Assembly (NCBI GenBank): GCA_029565395.1 | Contig: JAKQOG010000048.1 | Location: 206-64,205, forward strand | DNA: 64,000 nucleotides | Direction of reading: 5' to 3' | Origin: Candidatus Hydrogenedentota bacterium | GTDB lineage: Bacteria > Hydrogenedentota > Hydrogenedentia > Hydrogenedentales > CAILVY01 | Shown here: piece after piece, positions 1 through 10,700 of the stretch | How positions within the stretch are numbered: position 1 is the stretch's first letter | Layout: each line of letters opens with the position of its first letter | The notes under the pieces: generated by a model | The model's database searches: none | What the model saw: only the letters and a program-made list of their open reading frames with translations | Told to the model about the DNA's origin: nothing | Translations under genes and position numbers: made by a program

Positions 1-103
1 AAGACGGCTTTTGTCCAGGCCCGTAAGGGGGCCGCCGCATGTATCGGAAATGCAGGGTGCGCCGCGCGCACCGTTTACGCCAAAATGCGCATAATAAAAA
101 ATA

Positions 104-132
104 TTGACGAATCCTTCTGCGGATCGCATAAT
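104..132 (+). promoter_or_regulatory. Putative sigma70 promoter for the 247..3684 gene
   Basis: TTGACG (104-109), 17-bp spacer, CATAAT (127-132), preceded by an A-rich tract. Confidence 0.5.
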
Positions 133-246
133 GGGGCATGTGCAGAACAGGATGGGTATCGATGCAGAGCAAGATATTTTTCCTTTTTTTATGACTAAGC
201 AGACGGGAGACAGAATAGCCAGAGTAACCACACTGGGAGAGGTGTC

Positions 247-3200
247 ATGAGTAAAATAGAGGTTAAGCAGAGGATGACGTGGTGGGTTTTGGGATTGGTA
301 ATGTGTTCCGTTATGGCCTGTGCCGCCAATGGGGAAATGGCGGCCGGCGCTTCGAAAACGCCGGTTGAAAATCCCGCCATTTTGGTATATGTGGGCCTAT
401 GCACCGGCGGGCAGGACTATGCCAACGAAGCCCTTGCCAACCTTGGCTATGCCAATGTCACCACGGTCACCACTTTGGCTGATTTTCAAACACAGTTGGC
501 CTTCTCGTGGAATCTGATTATTTATGACGGATACTACTCCTTTCTGAATACCACCATCCTCGATATGCTCAAAACAAAGTATGATTCAGGCGGCCGCATC
601 ATTTTTTCCGATGCGAATGTTCTTGCGCTGAAGGCGCATTCGTTGTTTTCCGCCGCCGGTGTCTCCATTATCAACGAATTCACCGTTCCGGAACCCCTTT
701 ACCCCTGGCAAAACGATCCCCTGTTCATTACCCCCAACGAAGTGCCGCCCATCACGGTCCTGAGCGATTTGTGCAACCGTGACGGCGTGCATCTGGAACC
801 TGTTGCCGGGCTGTCTACCGCACACGCTGGCGCCACCGAAACGGCCGAAACCAACAAGGCCCTGTTAACCGTGGATGCGAAACGCCATTTTATCTTTAAT
901 GGATTCGCTCCACAAACCGTCACGGGCGATCAGGATAGCGACAGCAAGCCTGACATGGTTGAATTATATGAAAATGAAATTCATCACTTGCTTGCGGGCG
1001 GCAACGGCGCGCTGGTCTTTTTTTCAACGTGTAACGGCGGCTTGGACTACTTTTCGGATGCATTGGATATGGCTGGCTTGAGCAACCGCACCGTTGTGTA
1101 TAATCAAGATGATTTTCTTGATCAATTGAATACGGGCAACTGGCGGTTGGTGATTGTGGATGCCTACGACATGAGCATAGACTCCACAGCGCTGGATGCA
1201 TTGGTCCGTCATTACAATAGCGGCGGGAAGACAATCCTGTATACGTGGAATCTGTTGAGTCTTGCTGCACATCCCTTCTTTACTCTCGCCGGCGCCAATC
1301 CCCTGTCCAACTATTCCACCCCGCAACCCATCTATGACTGGGATGTCTCGAATCTTTTCAAACAGCCGTGGACCATTCCTGATCTCACTGCGCTGAGCGA
1401 CCTGTGCCCTATCGATGGCCAGTATCTTCAAGCTACCACGGGCATTGCGCTCGCCGGCAACACCCCAACGTATGACGCCACTAAAGCCACCATTGTCATG
1501 GATGCCCACCGCCGGATATTGCTGAACGGATTCGCTCCCCAGAATGTTACCAGTAACCTTACGGGGTACAACGACATGACGGCCCTGTATGAAAACGAGA
1601 TCAACCTGTTGCTCTGGGGTGGACGCGGCACCCTGGTGTATATCGAGGCATGCGGGGGAAGCCCGGACTATATCTCCCCCGCCCTGGCCAATCTTGGTAT
1701 TACGGACGTTACTAGAGCCTCCGATGCGCTTGATTTCACCCTCCAACTTGCATCGGGCACCTGGGATACGGTCATTTATGAGGCCTACCGCATCGACACC
1801 ACCACGGAAACTCTGGACGCATTGCTGAACTTTTTTGATAAGAACCAGGGAAGTCTCGTCATCTCTCTATTTGACCTGAAAGCATTTGCCAGTCATCCTC
1901 TCTTTTCGGACCGTGCCGGGATCACCGTGGGTAGCGAGTACGGCGATCCACAGCCCATCTATGCCTGGAATCAATCCATCCTGTTTCAGGCGCCCAATGA
2001 GGTCCCTACTCTCAGCGCTTTCTCGAACCCCTGCGCGACGGACGGACAATTTATGGAAGTGACCACCGCCACCGCCCATGCGGGTTATACGGCAGATCCT
2101 TCAGCGAACAACACCGCCATTGCCGTTAACCAGAGCAAGCGGCTGATCGTCAATGGATTTATCCCAGGAATTGTGACAGGAGACGCCGATGGGGACTTAA
2201 AAGACGACATGGTTGAGCTCTACGAAAATGAAATTCTCTATAGCCGGGCAGGAACCAAGGTGGGGACCCTAGTGCTTTTCAACGATTGTTTTTTCGGACA
2301 AAATTATGTGGAACCGGCAGCCGCTAATCTTGGGTTGTCGAGAACGATCATAAGCAACGAAACATGGTTTCGAACCTATCTTGCCGCAGGGGATTGGGGT
2401 ACGGTCATTTATGATTCCTACAGCGCTTTCTTTCCGAATGGCCTTGAACAGGATCTGACGGCATATTACGATCAGGGTGGACGCATCATCCTGTCCGCGT
2501 GGGACCTTACCTCTTATGGAGGATACCCCATTTTGGACCGAGCAGGCATTTCGGTGGGATCCCAGTATAACACCCCTGAGCCTATCTATGCCTGGGACGT
2601 ATCGCCATTTTTCGATACCCCCAACCTAATCCCTAATCTGACCATTTTCAGTGATTTATGCGATGTTGACGGCCAGTATCTGCAACCCGGTACGGCATCC
2701 GCGGTCGCCGGCTTCACCGCTTCCCCTCAGGCAGACACCGCCGCCATTACCATGGACGCCCAATCCCGTTTTATCGTGAACGGTTTCATGCCCCAGAATG
2801 TTACCGGCGATGAAGACGGCGATACCAAGCTGGATATGGTTGAACTGTATGAAAATGAACTTAATGCCGTGCAGATGGCAACAGCAGAACGTTCCTGCCC
2901 CGCGGAATCCTTCTTCTCGCAAATACCGTATGCTCCCCCTGAAGCAATGGGTGCATGGTTTAGCGATGTGGATCTCCCCTATACGGTGTATGAAAACTTT
3001 AATGGCCTTACGGATCCCATCGGACAGATCGTGTGGTGGGGGCTCAATTGTTATTGTGACGCCATACCCGCGACGGACACCTTTTCTGTTGGATTTTACG
3101 AGGACAATGCGGGACTGCCCGGGAACCTGATTTACGAAGAAACCGTGACCCCCATACGGGAAAAGGTTGATGTGATGTATTATGTCTGGTGGCTATATCA

Positions 3201-3684
3201 ATATACCGTCACTTTAGCGGCGCCCCAATCAATCGACTCCGGCTGGCTCAAGATACGCGTTATAAATAGCAGCAAGTGCACGTGGGGATGGATGAGCAGC
3301 GGCCAGGGCGATCATTTCGCCTACCAGGAGGGTAGCGGACCCTTGAATAATCTGGATTTCGGCGTCTGTTTCATTGGCGCCAGTGCAAGCGGTATCCACA
3401 GCGCCGACACCAACAGCGATTATATCATCGGCCTCTCGGAACTTCTCCGCGTTATCCAGTTTTTCAACTCCAATGGATTCCATTGCCAGGCTGGCACCGA
3501 AGACGGTTTCGCGCCGGGTCCCGGCGATACAAGCTGTGCTCCCTATGACAGCGACTATAACCCAACCGATTGGCAGATAAGCCTTTCGGAATTGCTCCGG
3601 GTGATCCAGTTCTTCAATTCCGGCGGATATCATTACTGCCCCGGCGATGGTACGGAAGACGGGTATTGCCCCGGTCAAGGCTGA
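247..3684 (+). CDS. Secreted modular protein: 4 tandem ~205-aa alpha/beta repeats, one ~160-aa Cys/Trp module, C-terminal dockerin-like tag
   Basis: 1145-aa ORF; GGAGAGG SD before the ATG; hydrophobic N-terminal signal; four repeats each ending DMxxLYENE(I/L); C-terminal SADTNSDYIIGLSELLRVIQFFN...DYNPTDWQISLSELLRVIQFFN. Confidence 0.9.
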   Translation: MSKIEVKQRMTWWVLGLVMCSVMACAANGEMAAGASKTPVENPAILVYVGLCTGGQDYANEALANLGYANVTTVTTLADFQTQLAFSWNLIIYDGYYSFLNTTILDMLKTKYDSGGRIIFSDANVLALKAHSLFSAAGVSIINEFTVPEPLYPWQNDPLFITPNEVPPITVLSDLCNRDGVHLEPVAGLSTAHAGATETAETNKALLTVDAKRHFIFNGFAPQTVTGDQDSDSKPDMVELYENEIHHLLAGGNGALVFFSTCNGGLDYFSDALDMAGLSNRTVVYNQDDFLDQLNTGNWRLVIVDAYDMSIDSTALDALVRHYNSGGKTILYTWNLLSLAAHPFFTLAGANPLSNYSTPQPIYDWDVSNLFKQPWTIPDLTALSDLCPIDGQYLQATTGIALAGNTPTYDATKATIVMDAHRRILLNGFAPQNVTSNLTGYNDMTALYENEINLLLWGGRGTLVYIEACGGSPDYISPALANLGITDVTRASDALDFTLQLASGTWDTVIYEAYRIDTTTETLDALLNFFDKNQGSLVISLFDLKAFASHPLFSDRAGITVGSEYGDPQPIYAWNQSILFQAPNEVPTLSAFSNPCATDGQFMEVTTATAHAGYTADPSANNTAIAVNQSKRLIVNGFIPGIVTGDADGDLKDDMVELYENEILYSRAGTKVGTLVLFNDCFFGQNYVEPAAANLGLSRTIISNETWFRTYLAAGDWGTVIYDSYSAFFPNGLEQDLTAYYDQGGRIILSAWDLTSYGGYPILDRAGISVGSQYNTPEPIYAWDVSPFFDTPNLIPNLTIFSDLCDVDGQYLQPGTASAVAGFTASPQADTAAITMDAQSRFIVNGFMPQNVTGDEDGDTKLDMVELYENELNAVQMATAERSCPAESFFSQIPYAPPEAMGAWFSDVDLPYTVYENFNGLTDPIGQIVWWGLNCYCDAIPATDTFSVGFYEDNAGLPGNLIYEETVTPIREKVDVMYYVWWLYQYTVTLAAPQSIDSGWLKIRVINSSKCTWGWMSSGQGDHFAYQEGSGPLNNLDFGVCFIGASASGIHSADTNSDYIIGLSELLRVIQFFNSNGFHCQAGTEDGFAPGPGDTSCAPYDSDYNPTDWQISLSELLRVIQFFNSGGYHYCPGDGTEDGYCPGQG

Positions 3685-3710
3685 TCGCAAAAGAAACAGT
3701 ATACACCCGC

Positions 3711-3745
3711 GCGCGGCTAGCAAAAGAGGCTTGCCGCGCTTTTTC
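3711..3745 (+). terminator. Putative intrinsic terminator
   Basis: GCGCGGC...GCCGCGC stem followed by TTTTT, just after the stop at 3684. Confidence 0.6.
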
Positions 3746-3881
3746 TATGATTGCTTCTGTGTTTCTTTTATTATTGCTCTTTATTTTTGCTTTGCTTGTA
3801 TACATGCATAGTGTATACTTATGATTAAGTATAGGTGTGAAAAGAAACGTAGAGGGAACCCAACCTGAAGGAGGGAGCATC

Positions 3882-6800
3882 ATGCTGTATATAAGACGCA
3901 CGGGACATTTTCCACATCAATCAACGTTAATCGCACGGGTTCTGTTAGGAATAGCTCTTATTCCCATTCTAGGCGGTCAAGCACCCGCACAAATCAACGC
4001 TCTTGCGCTTAAAGATGATGCGCGAACAAAAGTTACCCTGTGCACGGTAACGATCAATTTCGATGATGTATCTGCGCCCACGTTATTCATGAATGCAACG
4101 CATCTTACGGACGCATACAGTCAAATGTATGGAGTAACGTTTTATGGCCCAGACGGGGATAACGGCGGCGCCATTTTAGATAGCAGCACTTGGGCGTCGG
4201 TCACAGGCGAAAGCACCCCGAATTTTCTAGCCTTTGACACCCTGGGAGATCTTTCGGATGGCGGTGTAGCCATAGGGCCAGAAACGATTGAATTCCGAAG
4301 TCCCGTGGATGGTGTCAGCGTAAATGTGGCTACGGGGACGGGAGGCCATGCCACCCTCGAAGCCCGTGACCCGTATGGAACGGTTCTGGACAGTCAAACC
4401 GTATCATTGGGTTTCGCGATGCAAACGGTCACGATTATGTCGCCAGGAATTAAGTCATTAGTAGCGTCCTTTGACGACTCGACATTTCTAATGGATGATC
4501 TGTGCATTTACGGCGATCCTAACGGTGAGTCCTGTGCTGATGATTCGTTCTTTAGTCAAAAACCTATGAGTCCGTGGGAATCATGGAATGGATTTCCAAG
4601 CAATGTTGGGGGGAATAGTCTCTTGTATGAGAATTTCTCCGGATTGACCGAACCAATACAACGTATTCGTTGGTGGGGATTTGGAGTTGCCCCCGGCTTT
4701 TTCAACTGCACGCCCACGGGGAGTTCGTTTGAAATTGGGTTGTATTATGATGACGGGGGCGCGCCCGGAGCTCAATGTTACTCAGAGACCGTGACGGCGG
4801 CAATGTACGAGACGGGCCGGATATTTGCAGGAGTAGATAACTTTACGGAATACAGGTTCGAGGCAGACCTTGCAAATCCGTCCTACTTTTCCAATGGCTG
4901 GATTATGATTAAAGGCCTGGGAGATTTCTCCACATGCGGTTTTTATTGGCTGTTATCGCCAGAGGGCGATAACGTTTCCTCGCTGTCCACGGATGAAGGG
5001 GCCACCTTTAGCCCACAGACGATGAATTTCTCTATTTGCCTGAGCCCCGGCCCTGGCTACCGGCAGGAATGTGGAACGGGTTCTGCCTTTTCACAACGGC
5101 CCTTTGTTCCAAATTCTGTTTCTGAGTTTGGAAATTATTTCTTCAGCAGCGAAGCGCTGGGCTACACTGCCTATGAGAATTTTTCAGGGCTTAGCTGGCC
5201 TGCCAAGCACATTACCTGGTGGGGCATTGACTACTCCACTTCCTATAGTCCTTGTTCACGCACGATGGGTGATTTTACCATTTCCGTATACAACGACAAT
5301 GCCGGCGCTCCGGGTTCACTGGCGCTTGAGGAAACACTCACGCCTGTCCGCATGGATACAGGCAGGCAATGGTTCGACGGGACAAATTATTATCCTGAAT
5401 ACCGCTATGAAGCTGAATTGACCGGGCAGATTGACCTGGCGGATGGGTGGATTTCGATTTTTGGCAGCAATGAAGATGGGACATGCGGTTTTGCCTGGGC
5501 TGTCTCGCCGGTGGGGGACGATCTGATTTACCAAGCAATGAATGGTGAAACTCCCGCCAGTAAGCCAGGTTTTGACTTGAGCATTTGCCTGGACACCTAT
5601 ACGGGACCGCCACAGTATTGCATGGATGGTTCGCAGTTTAATCAAAAGCCCTATGGTCCTCTGGACCCTGGAGTCAACGCATGGTATAGCGGAGACGAGA
5701 CCGGATATATTGTGTATGACAATTTTTCCTCGCACTGGCCAATAAATTCCCTTCAATGGTGGGGAGCGGCCAGCGGACCGGCTTGCACCTCGTTTCAAAT
5801 TACATTTTATGAGGATAATGCCGGGCAACCAGGGATTGTGACATATCAGGAGAATGTGGTGGCGACACAAGAGCCAACGACTCGTTTATTTTTTGGAGGG
5901 CCTGAGTACAGGTTCTTCGCCACGCTTAGTTCTTCGGTAGCATTGGCCAGCGGCTGGATCTCCATCGCGGGGATAAACGGAGCCGGGTGTGGCTTTGGAT
6001 GGATTTGCTCTCCGAATGGGGATGACATTTCATTTAGTCAAACCCCGCCTGGCAGCGGTCCCTTCGTTAACCTCAACGTGGATCTGGCGTTGTGTCTGGG
6101 CGCGGATACGGGACCTGCGGAAACGTGCTCACCGTATGCACTGTTCGGCCAGCCGAGCATGGACCCCACTGCCTTGGGAGTGAACGCTCTCTTCAGCGAC
6201 GAAATATTGACCTATGCCGCCTATGAGAATTTTTCGGGAATCACGGATTCGATTACCGATGTCCGCTGGTGGGGCGTTCATTTCAATTACGCACCTTGTA
6301 CGCGCGTGACAGATACGTACCAAATAACATTTTATGAGGATAATGCAGGGCAACCGGGCGCTGTAGTGGAACAGGCGGTGATTACGCCGGACCGGACATT
6401 GACAGGCCGGATATTCTATTTTTCGGCGGACTATCCGGAATATTTGTGCCATGTGCGGCTAAGTACACCGGTGTCCCTTGCCACGGGCTGGATCTCCATT
6501 GTGGGCGTAGGGGATGCATCGTGTGGATTTGCATGGATGTGTTCAAGCGTGGGCGATTCTTTCTGCCTTCAATACCCCATCGCCGGCGGATCCCCCTTGA
6601 CTGGATACAGTGATCTCAGTCTATGTCTAAGCCATGAAGAAGAATTGTGCCAAGTCGTCCTCGATGGATCACAAGAAGCGCCACCCATTGGCAGCGCTGC
6701 CACTGGTATGGCAACATTTGCACACGTTGGCCCAGATGCAGTGCAGTTGACAGTAGTCCATGATGTGGCAGATCCTACCGCTGCACATATACACAGTGGC

Positions 6801-7457
6801 GTGCCTGGAGTAAATGGTCCGGCCGTCTTTGATCTGGGAATGCCAACCAGCCCCATAGAAGTGACGATGACATTGGCGGAATACACCTTGTTCTCTACTG
6901 ATCATTATGTAAATGTTCATAGTCTCATGTATCCGGCCGGAGAAATCCGAGGCGATATTCTCTGTCTTCCGGCCGAAGGCGAAGGCGCGGAGGAAGGTGA
7001 AGGTGCAGTGGAAGGCGAAGGCGCGGAGGAAGGCGAAGGCGCGGAGGAAGGTGAAGGTGCAGTGGAAGGCGAGGGTGCAGTGGAAGGCGAGGGTGCAGTG
7101 GAAGGCGAAGGCGCGGAGGAAGGCGAAGGCGCGGAGGAAGGCGAAGGTGCAGTGGAAGGCGAAGATGGATTCCTGACGGCGGATCAGGATCAAGACAATG
7201 CGATCAGCCTTTCCGAACTGCTCCGCGTTATCCAGTTTTTCAACTCCAATGGATTCCATTGCCAGGCCGGCACCGAAGATGGCTATGCCCCCGGTCCTGG
7301 CGATACGAGCTGTGCGCCCTACGACAGCGACTATAACCCAATCGATTGGCAGATAAGCCTTTCGGAATTGCTCCGGGTGATCCAGTTCTTCAATTCCGGC
7401 GGATACCACTACTGTCCCGGCGATGGCACGGAAGACGGGTATTGCCCCGGCCTATAA
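3882..7457 (+). CDS. Secreted modular protein: N-terminal beta domain, 4 Cys/Trp modules, CHRD domain, EGEG linker, dockerin-like tag
   Basis: ORF 3837..7457, start moved to ATG 3882 after GGAGGGAG; signal peptide; four 'FSQxP...YENFSG...WWG...PG...GWI' repeats; CHRD motifs LDGSQEAPP, AAHIHSGVPGVNGP, YVNVHS..YPAGEIRG (~6654-6963). Confidence 0.9.
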   Translation: MLYIRRTGHFPHQSTLIARVLLGIALIPILGGQAPAQINALALKDDARTKVTLCTVTINFDDVSAPTLFMNATHLTDAYSQMYGVTFYGPDGDNGGAILDSSTWASVTGESTPNFLAFDTLGDLSDGGVAIGPETIEFRSPVDGVSVNVATGTGGHATLEARDPYGTVLDSQTVSLGFAMQTVTIMSPGIKSLVASFDDSTFLMDDLCIYGDPNGESCADDSFFSQKPMSPWESWNGFPSNVGGNSLLYENFSGLTEPIQRIRWWGFGVAPGFFNCTPTGSSFEIGLYYDDGGAPGAQCYSETVTAAMYETGRIFAGVDNFTEYRFEADLANPSYFSNGWIMIKGLGDFSTCGFYWLLSPEGDNVSSLSTDEGATFSPQTMNFSICLSPGPGYRQECGTGSAFSQRPFVPNSVSEFGNYFFSSEALGYTAYENFSGLSWPAKHITWWGIDYSTSYSPCSRTMGDFTISVYNDNAGAPGSLALEETLTPVRMDTGRQWFDGTNYYPEYRYEAELTGQIDLADGWISIFGSNEDGTCGFAWAVSPVGDDLIYQAMNGETPASKPGFDLSICLDTYTGPPQYCMDGSQFNQKPYGPLDPGVNAWYSGDETGYIVYDNFSSHWPINSLQWWGAASGPACTSFQITFYEDNAGQPGIVTYQENVVATQEPTTRLFFGGPEYRFFATLSSSVALASGWISIAGINGAGCGFGWICSPNGDDISFSQTPPGSGPFVNLNVDLALCLGADTGPAETCSPYALFGQPSMDPTALGVNALFSDEILTYAAYENFSGITDSITDVRWWGVHFNYAPCTRVTDTYQITFYEDNAGQPGAVVEQAVITPDRTLTGRIFYFSADYPEYLCHVRLSTPVSLATGWISIVGVGDASCGFAWMCSSVGDSFCLQYPIAGGSPLTGYSDLSLCLSHEEELCQVVLDGSQEAPPIGSAATGMATFAHVGPDAVQLTVVHDVADPTAAHIHSGVPGVNGPAVFDLGMPTSPIEVTMTLAEYTLFSTDHYVNVHSLMYPAGEIRGDILCLPAEGEGAEEGEGAVEGEGAEEGEGAEEGEGAVEGEGAVEGEGAVEGEGAEEGEGAEEGEGAVEGEDGFLTADQDQDNAISLSELLRVIQFFNSNGFHCQAGTEDGYAPGPGDTSCAPYDSDYNPIDWQISLSELLRVIQFFNSGGYHYCPGDGTEDGYCPGL
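6975..7154 (+). repeat. Coding 18-bp tandem repeat, 10 units, encoding EGEGA(E/V)
   Basis: gaaggcgaaggcgcggag / gaaggtgaaggtgcagtg units read directly in the sequence. Confidence 0.95.
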
Positions 7458-7625
7458 TCAGCTAAAAACTATATTAGCCGGACAGGCTGAAAGACTGAGC
7501 CCTGCTTTGGCCGGGGTTCGGGTCTTAGCCATTGCCTCCACGCCATGGGGAACCCCTTTTTCGGGGGATTTGGCGTGTATAAGGTTGTTTCATCCGGTTG
7601 GGGCATGGGCAATGCAAAATTATTG

Positions 7626-7654
7626 TTGACATTCCATAGAAGTATCGTTAGAAT
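7626..7654 (+). promoter_or_regulatory. Putative sigma70 promoter for the 7724..15382 gene
   Basis: TTGACA, 17 bp, TAGAAT; GAGGAG SD before ATG 7724. Confidence 0.65.
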
Positions 7655-7723
7655 ATGTAAATAGGATAAGGCGGGTGCTGGTCTGTCGGGGGGAAATTAC
7701 GCGATGATGAGGAGTACTGGGCC

Positions 7724-10700
7724 ATGCGCAAGCAGCTCTGTATCGCGGCGATTATCGGAGGGTGGATTGTTTTTTTCGTATATAACCCCAATGCATCCGC
7801 GGGGTCCAATCCGCCTGTGTATGTAAGCCATAACAACGCCTCCGGCAATGAAGATGGTGCAAGTTGGGCCACAGCGTTCACCACGATCCAGCCGGCGTTG
7901 GATAATGCCGCAGCGGCAGGCGGCGGCGAGGTATGGGTGGCCAAGGGAAGCTATGGTGAAATCCGGGACAATACCGGCGCGCTGGGTTCGCTGGTTCTGT
8001 GGAGTGATGTGGGTGTGTTTGGCGGATTCGATGGGACGGAAGCAACTATTGAAGAACGCGATCCGAATACCAACCTCACCATCATTGATGGTTCCGCATC
8101 GCGCTTGGAAGGCCAGGAACTGGCCCCGGCCTATCATGTAGTCCGCGGGGAATACCTGAGCGATGTTGTGTTGGATGGTTTCATTATTGGGGGTGGAATG
8201 AATCCCTATCAGACGGTTGCCGATCCCGGTGGCGGGGGAATCTATCTATCAGGGGCGGATGCGACTGTGGTGCTAGAGCATTTGACGCTGAATTTTAACA
8301 GCGCTAATTTAGGTGGAGCCATTTATTTGAACAATGCTTCTCCAATAATACGCAATTGCAGGATTGTGGGGAATGGCGCGTTTGATGGGGGTGGATTGTA
8401 TCTGGTTAATTCTTCGCCCCGTATAGAAAATGTACTGGCCATGAATAATCTGGCCCCGCCGCTGTTTGATAATTCAGGACTTGGTGGAGATGTATATGCT
8501 GATGCTGAATCGTCGCCCCTTATGGTAAATGTGACCCTGGCAGGATCTATAGCGAAGGAAGGTGCGATCTATAGCGCAATGCGGGACAATACCGGGCCAG
8601 TTCTGGTGAATGCGGCGATAAGTTACACCAGTGATATGGAACATGATGTTATTCATGAGGATGTGGCGGGCGATATCCAGGCTACCTATACCCTCGCCCA
8701 GAAGCAGTTGCCGGGAGAGGGGAACCAATCCGGACGCGAGTTGTTCCGAATAAGCGATTATTCCGTTTTTACGGACGATCCGGTCTACGACACAGCCACC
8801 GGCCATACTACTTTTTTTGATCGATCCAAACATTTCGCGCCGAATTCTTTGGTGGGTACGCTGTTGCGGGTGGATACGTATGGAATTCCTTGGTATTACG
8901 TCTACACCTTTGTCATTTTGGAAAACACGGAAACAAGCATCACCGTGTTTAGGGATACGGATATGGCCATCACGGCGGGGACGCATTACGCCCTGCTCGA
9001 TGGCAGCATGGAGAAGATTTCGCCCACGGTGGACACGGGCGCGTCCAACGGAACTCCTTCACACGATTATCTCGGTCAAGCGCGGGGGTATGATGGCGAC
9101 GGTTTGGGGCATGTTACCGGGGATGGGTCGGACTATGACTTGGGCTTCTTAGAATACACCGGACAGGTGTGGGGCGTGGCGCCAATTGCGGATCAAAAAC
9201 TCGAAACGGCCGTGTTGCACGTGTTGCCCAGCGTGGAACCGCCCATTCATACCGATGAGTTTCTGACAGTGACGGAATTAGACGCTTCCTCCCAAAACAT
9301 CACCAATATTTGGGGAATCGAGTACGGCGTAAATCTGGAAACATTGAATCTTAGCAATAATGCCATTTCGCGGCTGGGTGCACTTGCGGGAGCGCACAAA
9401 TTACATTGGCTCGATTTGCACCATAATCAAATCACGGAAATTAGTGCGCTGCTAGCGAACACCGGACTGGGTGGCGATGATTTCCTCGACCTGCGTGGCA
9501 ATCCGCTAACGGAAGAGACTGTGTGCGCGGATCTTCCTGTGCTCCAGGCACGGTTTAACGATCCGCGTAATCTCCTCTATGACCAGTGGTGTGGGCCACA
9601 GGCGCGGCTGACTATGACGGTAATAGGTATTGGCACGGTTAGCCCGGAACCTGGCATTACGGTATATCATCCCGCCGAATATGCACACCTCTCCGCCACT
9701 CCGATTGCGGGAAGTGGATATGCCTTTGATCACTGGGAAGGCAGTGTTTCCTCGGACAGCCCGGCGGTTGATCTGATTATGTATTCGGATAAGAATATTG
9801 CGGCGGTGTTTGTAAATCAAGGCGTGGAAACGCATACCCTCACCCTGCTAAAAGTGGGAGACGGCCAGGGTGATCTATCGCCGGGCGAAGGCGTATTCAC
9901 TTATGTCGAAGGACACTCCGTGGATATTAATGCCGTACCTGTTTCCGGCGATGTCTTTGGCGGATGGAGCGGCGATTTTGTCAGCATGAACACCAGCGGA
10001 ACGATCGTAATGGATGCCGACAAGGTAATCACCGCAACGTTTTTGCACACCTATGTAACACTCGATATAGCGATCACGGGCAATGGCTCCACCAATCCCG
10101 CCCCCGGCACGTATTATTATGCGCCTGGCGCTCAAGCCACGCTTGAGGCCTTGGTTACCGACCCAGTGTGGCATTTTGATCATTGGGAAGGCGGCGTGGA
10201 CACCCCCACAAACCTGCACACCACGATCACCCTCACCCAATCGGCCTCTATAACGGCCGTGTTTGTTCAGTATGAACGCGTGCTGGAAATCCGCGCTTAC
10301 GGTAATGGAACCACTATCCCCGCGCCCGGCCTGCATGGATATAATCCCGGGGATGCCGTGCAAATCCAAGCCATTCCTGGCGGAGGCGCTGCTTTCTCCG
10401 GATGGATGGGGGATCTGCAAGGTCAGGAGACTCCCGCCTCTGTTACCATGGAGGCAGACCGGTTAGTACTCGCCTTCTTTACTAATACCGACACCTCGTC
10501 TTTGTTCCATTCTGTTGATACTAATCATGACTGGCATATTTCCTACTCAGAAATGTCCAGGATTTTCCAGTTCTTCAATATGGGAGGAGATTACCATTGT
10601 GAAGCCGGTACTGAAGATGGATATTTTCCCGGTATTGGCAGCCATGATTGTGCCCCGCACGATGCCGATTATGATCCTCAAGACTGGCGTATTTCCTTGT

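Noticed and set aside
6975..7154. CRISPR array
   Set aside because: Contiguous 18-bp in-frame coding units with no unique spacers, and no cas genes.
3229..7409. Similar-looking minus-strand ORFs (3229..3723, 6669..7409) as a paralogous small-protein family
   Set aside because: They are the antisense reading of the repeated tag DNA.
7480..7570. Structured ncRNA or riboswitch between genes 2 and 3
   Set aside because: Only short, weak hairpins and no family motif I can recognise; an Rfam/Infernal scan would be needed.
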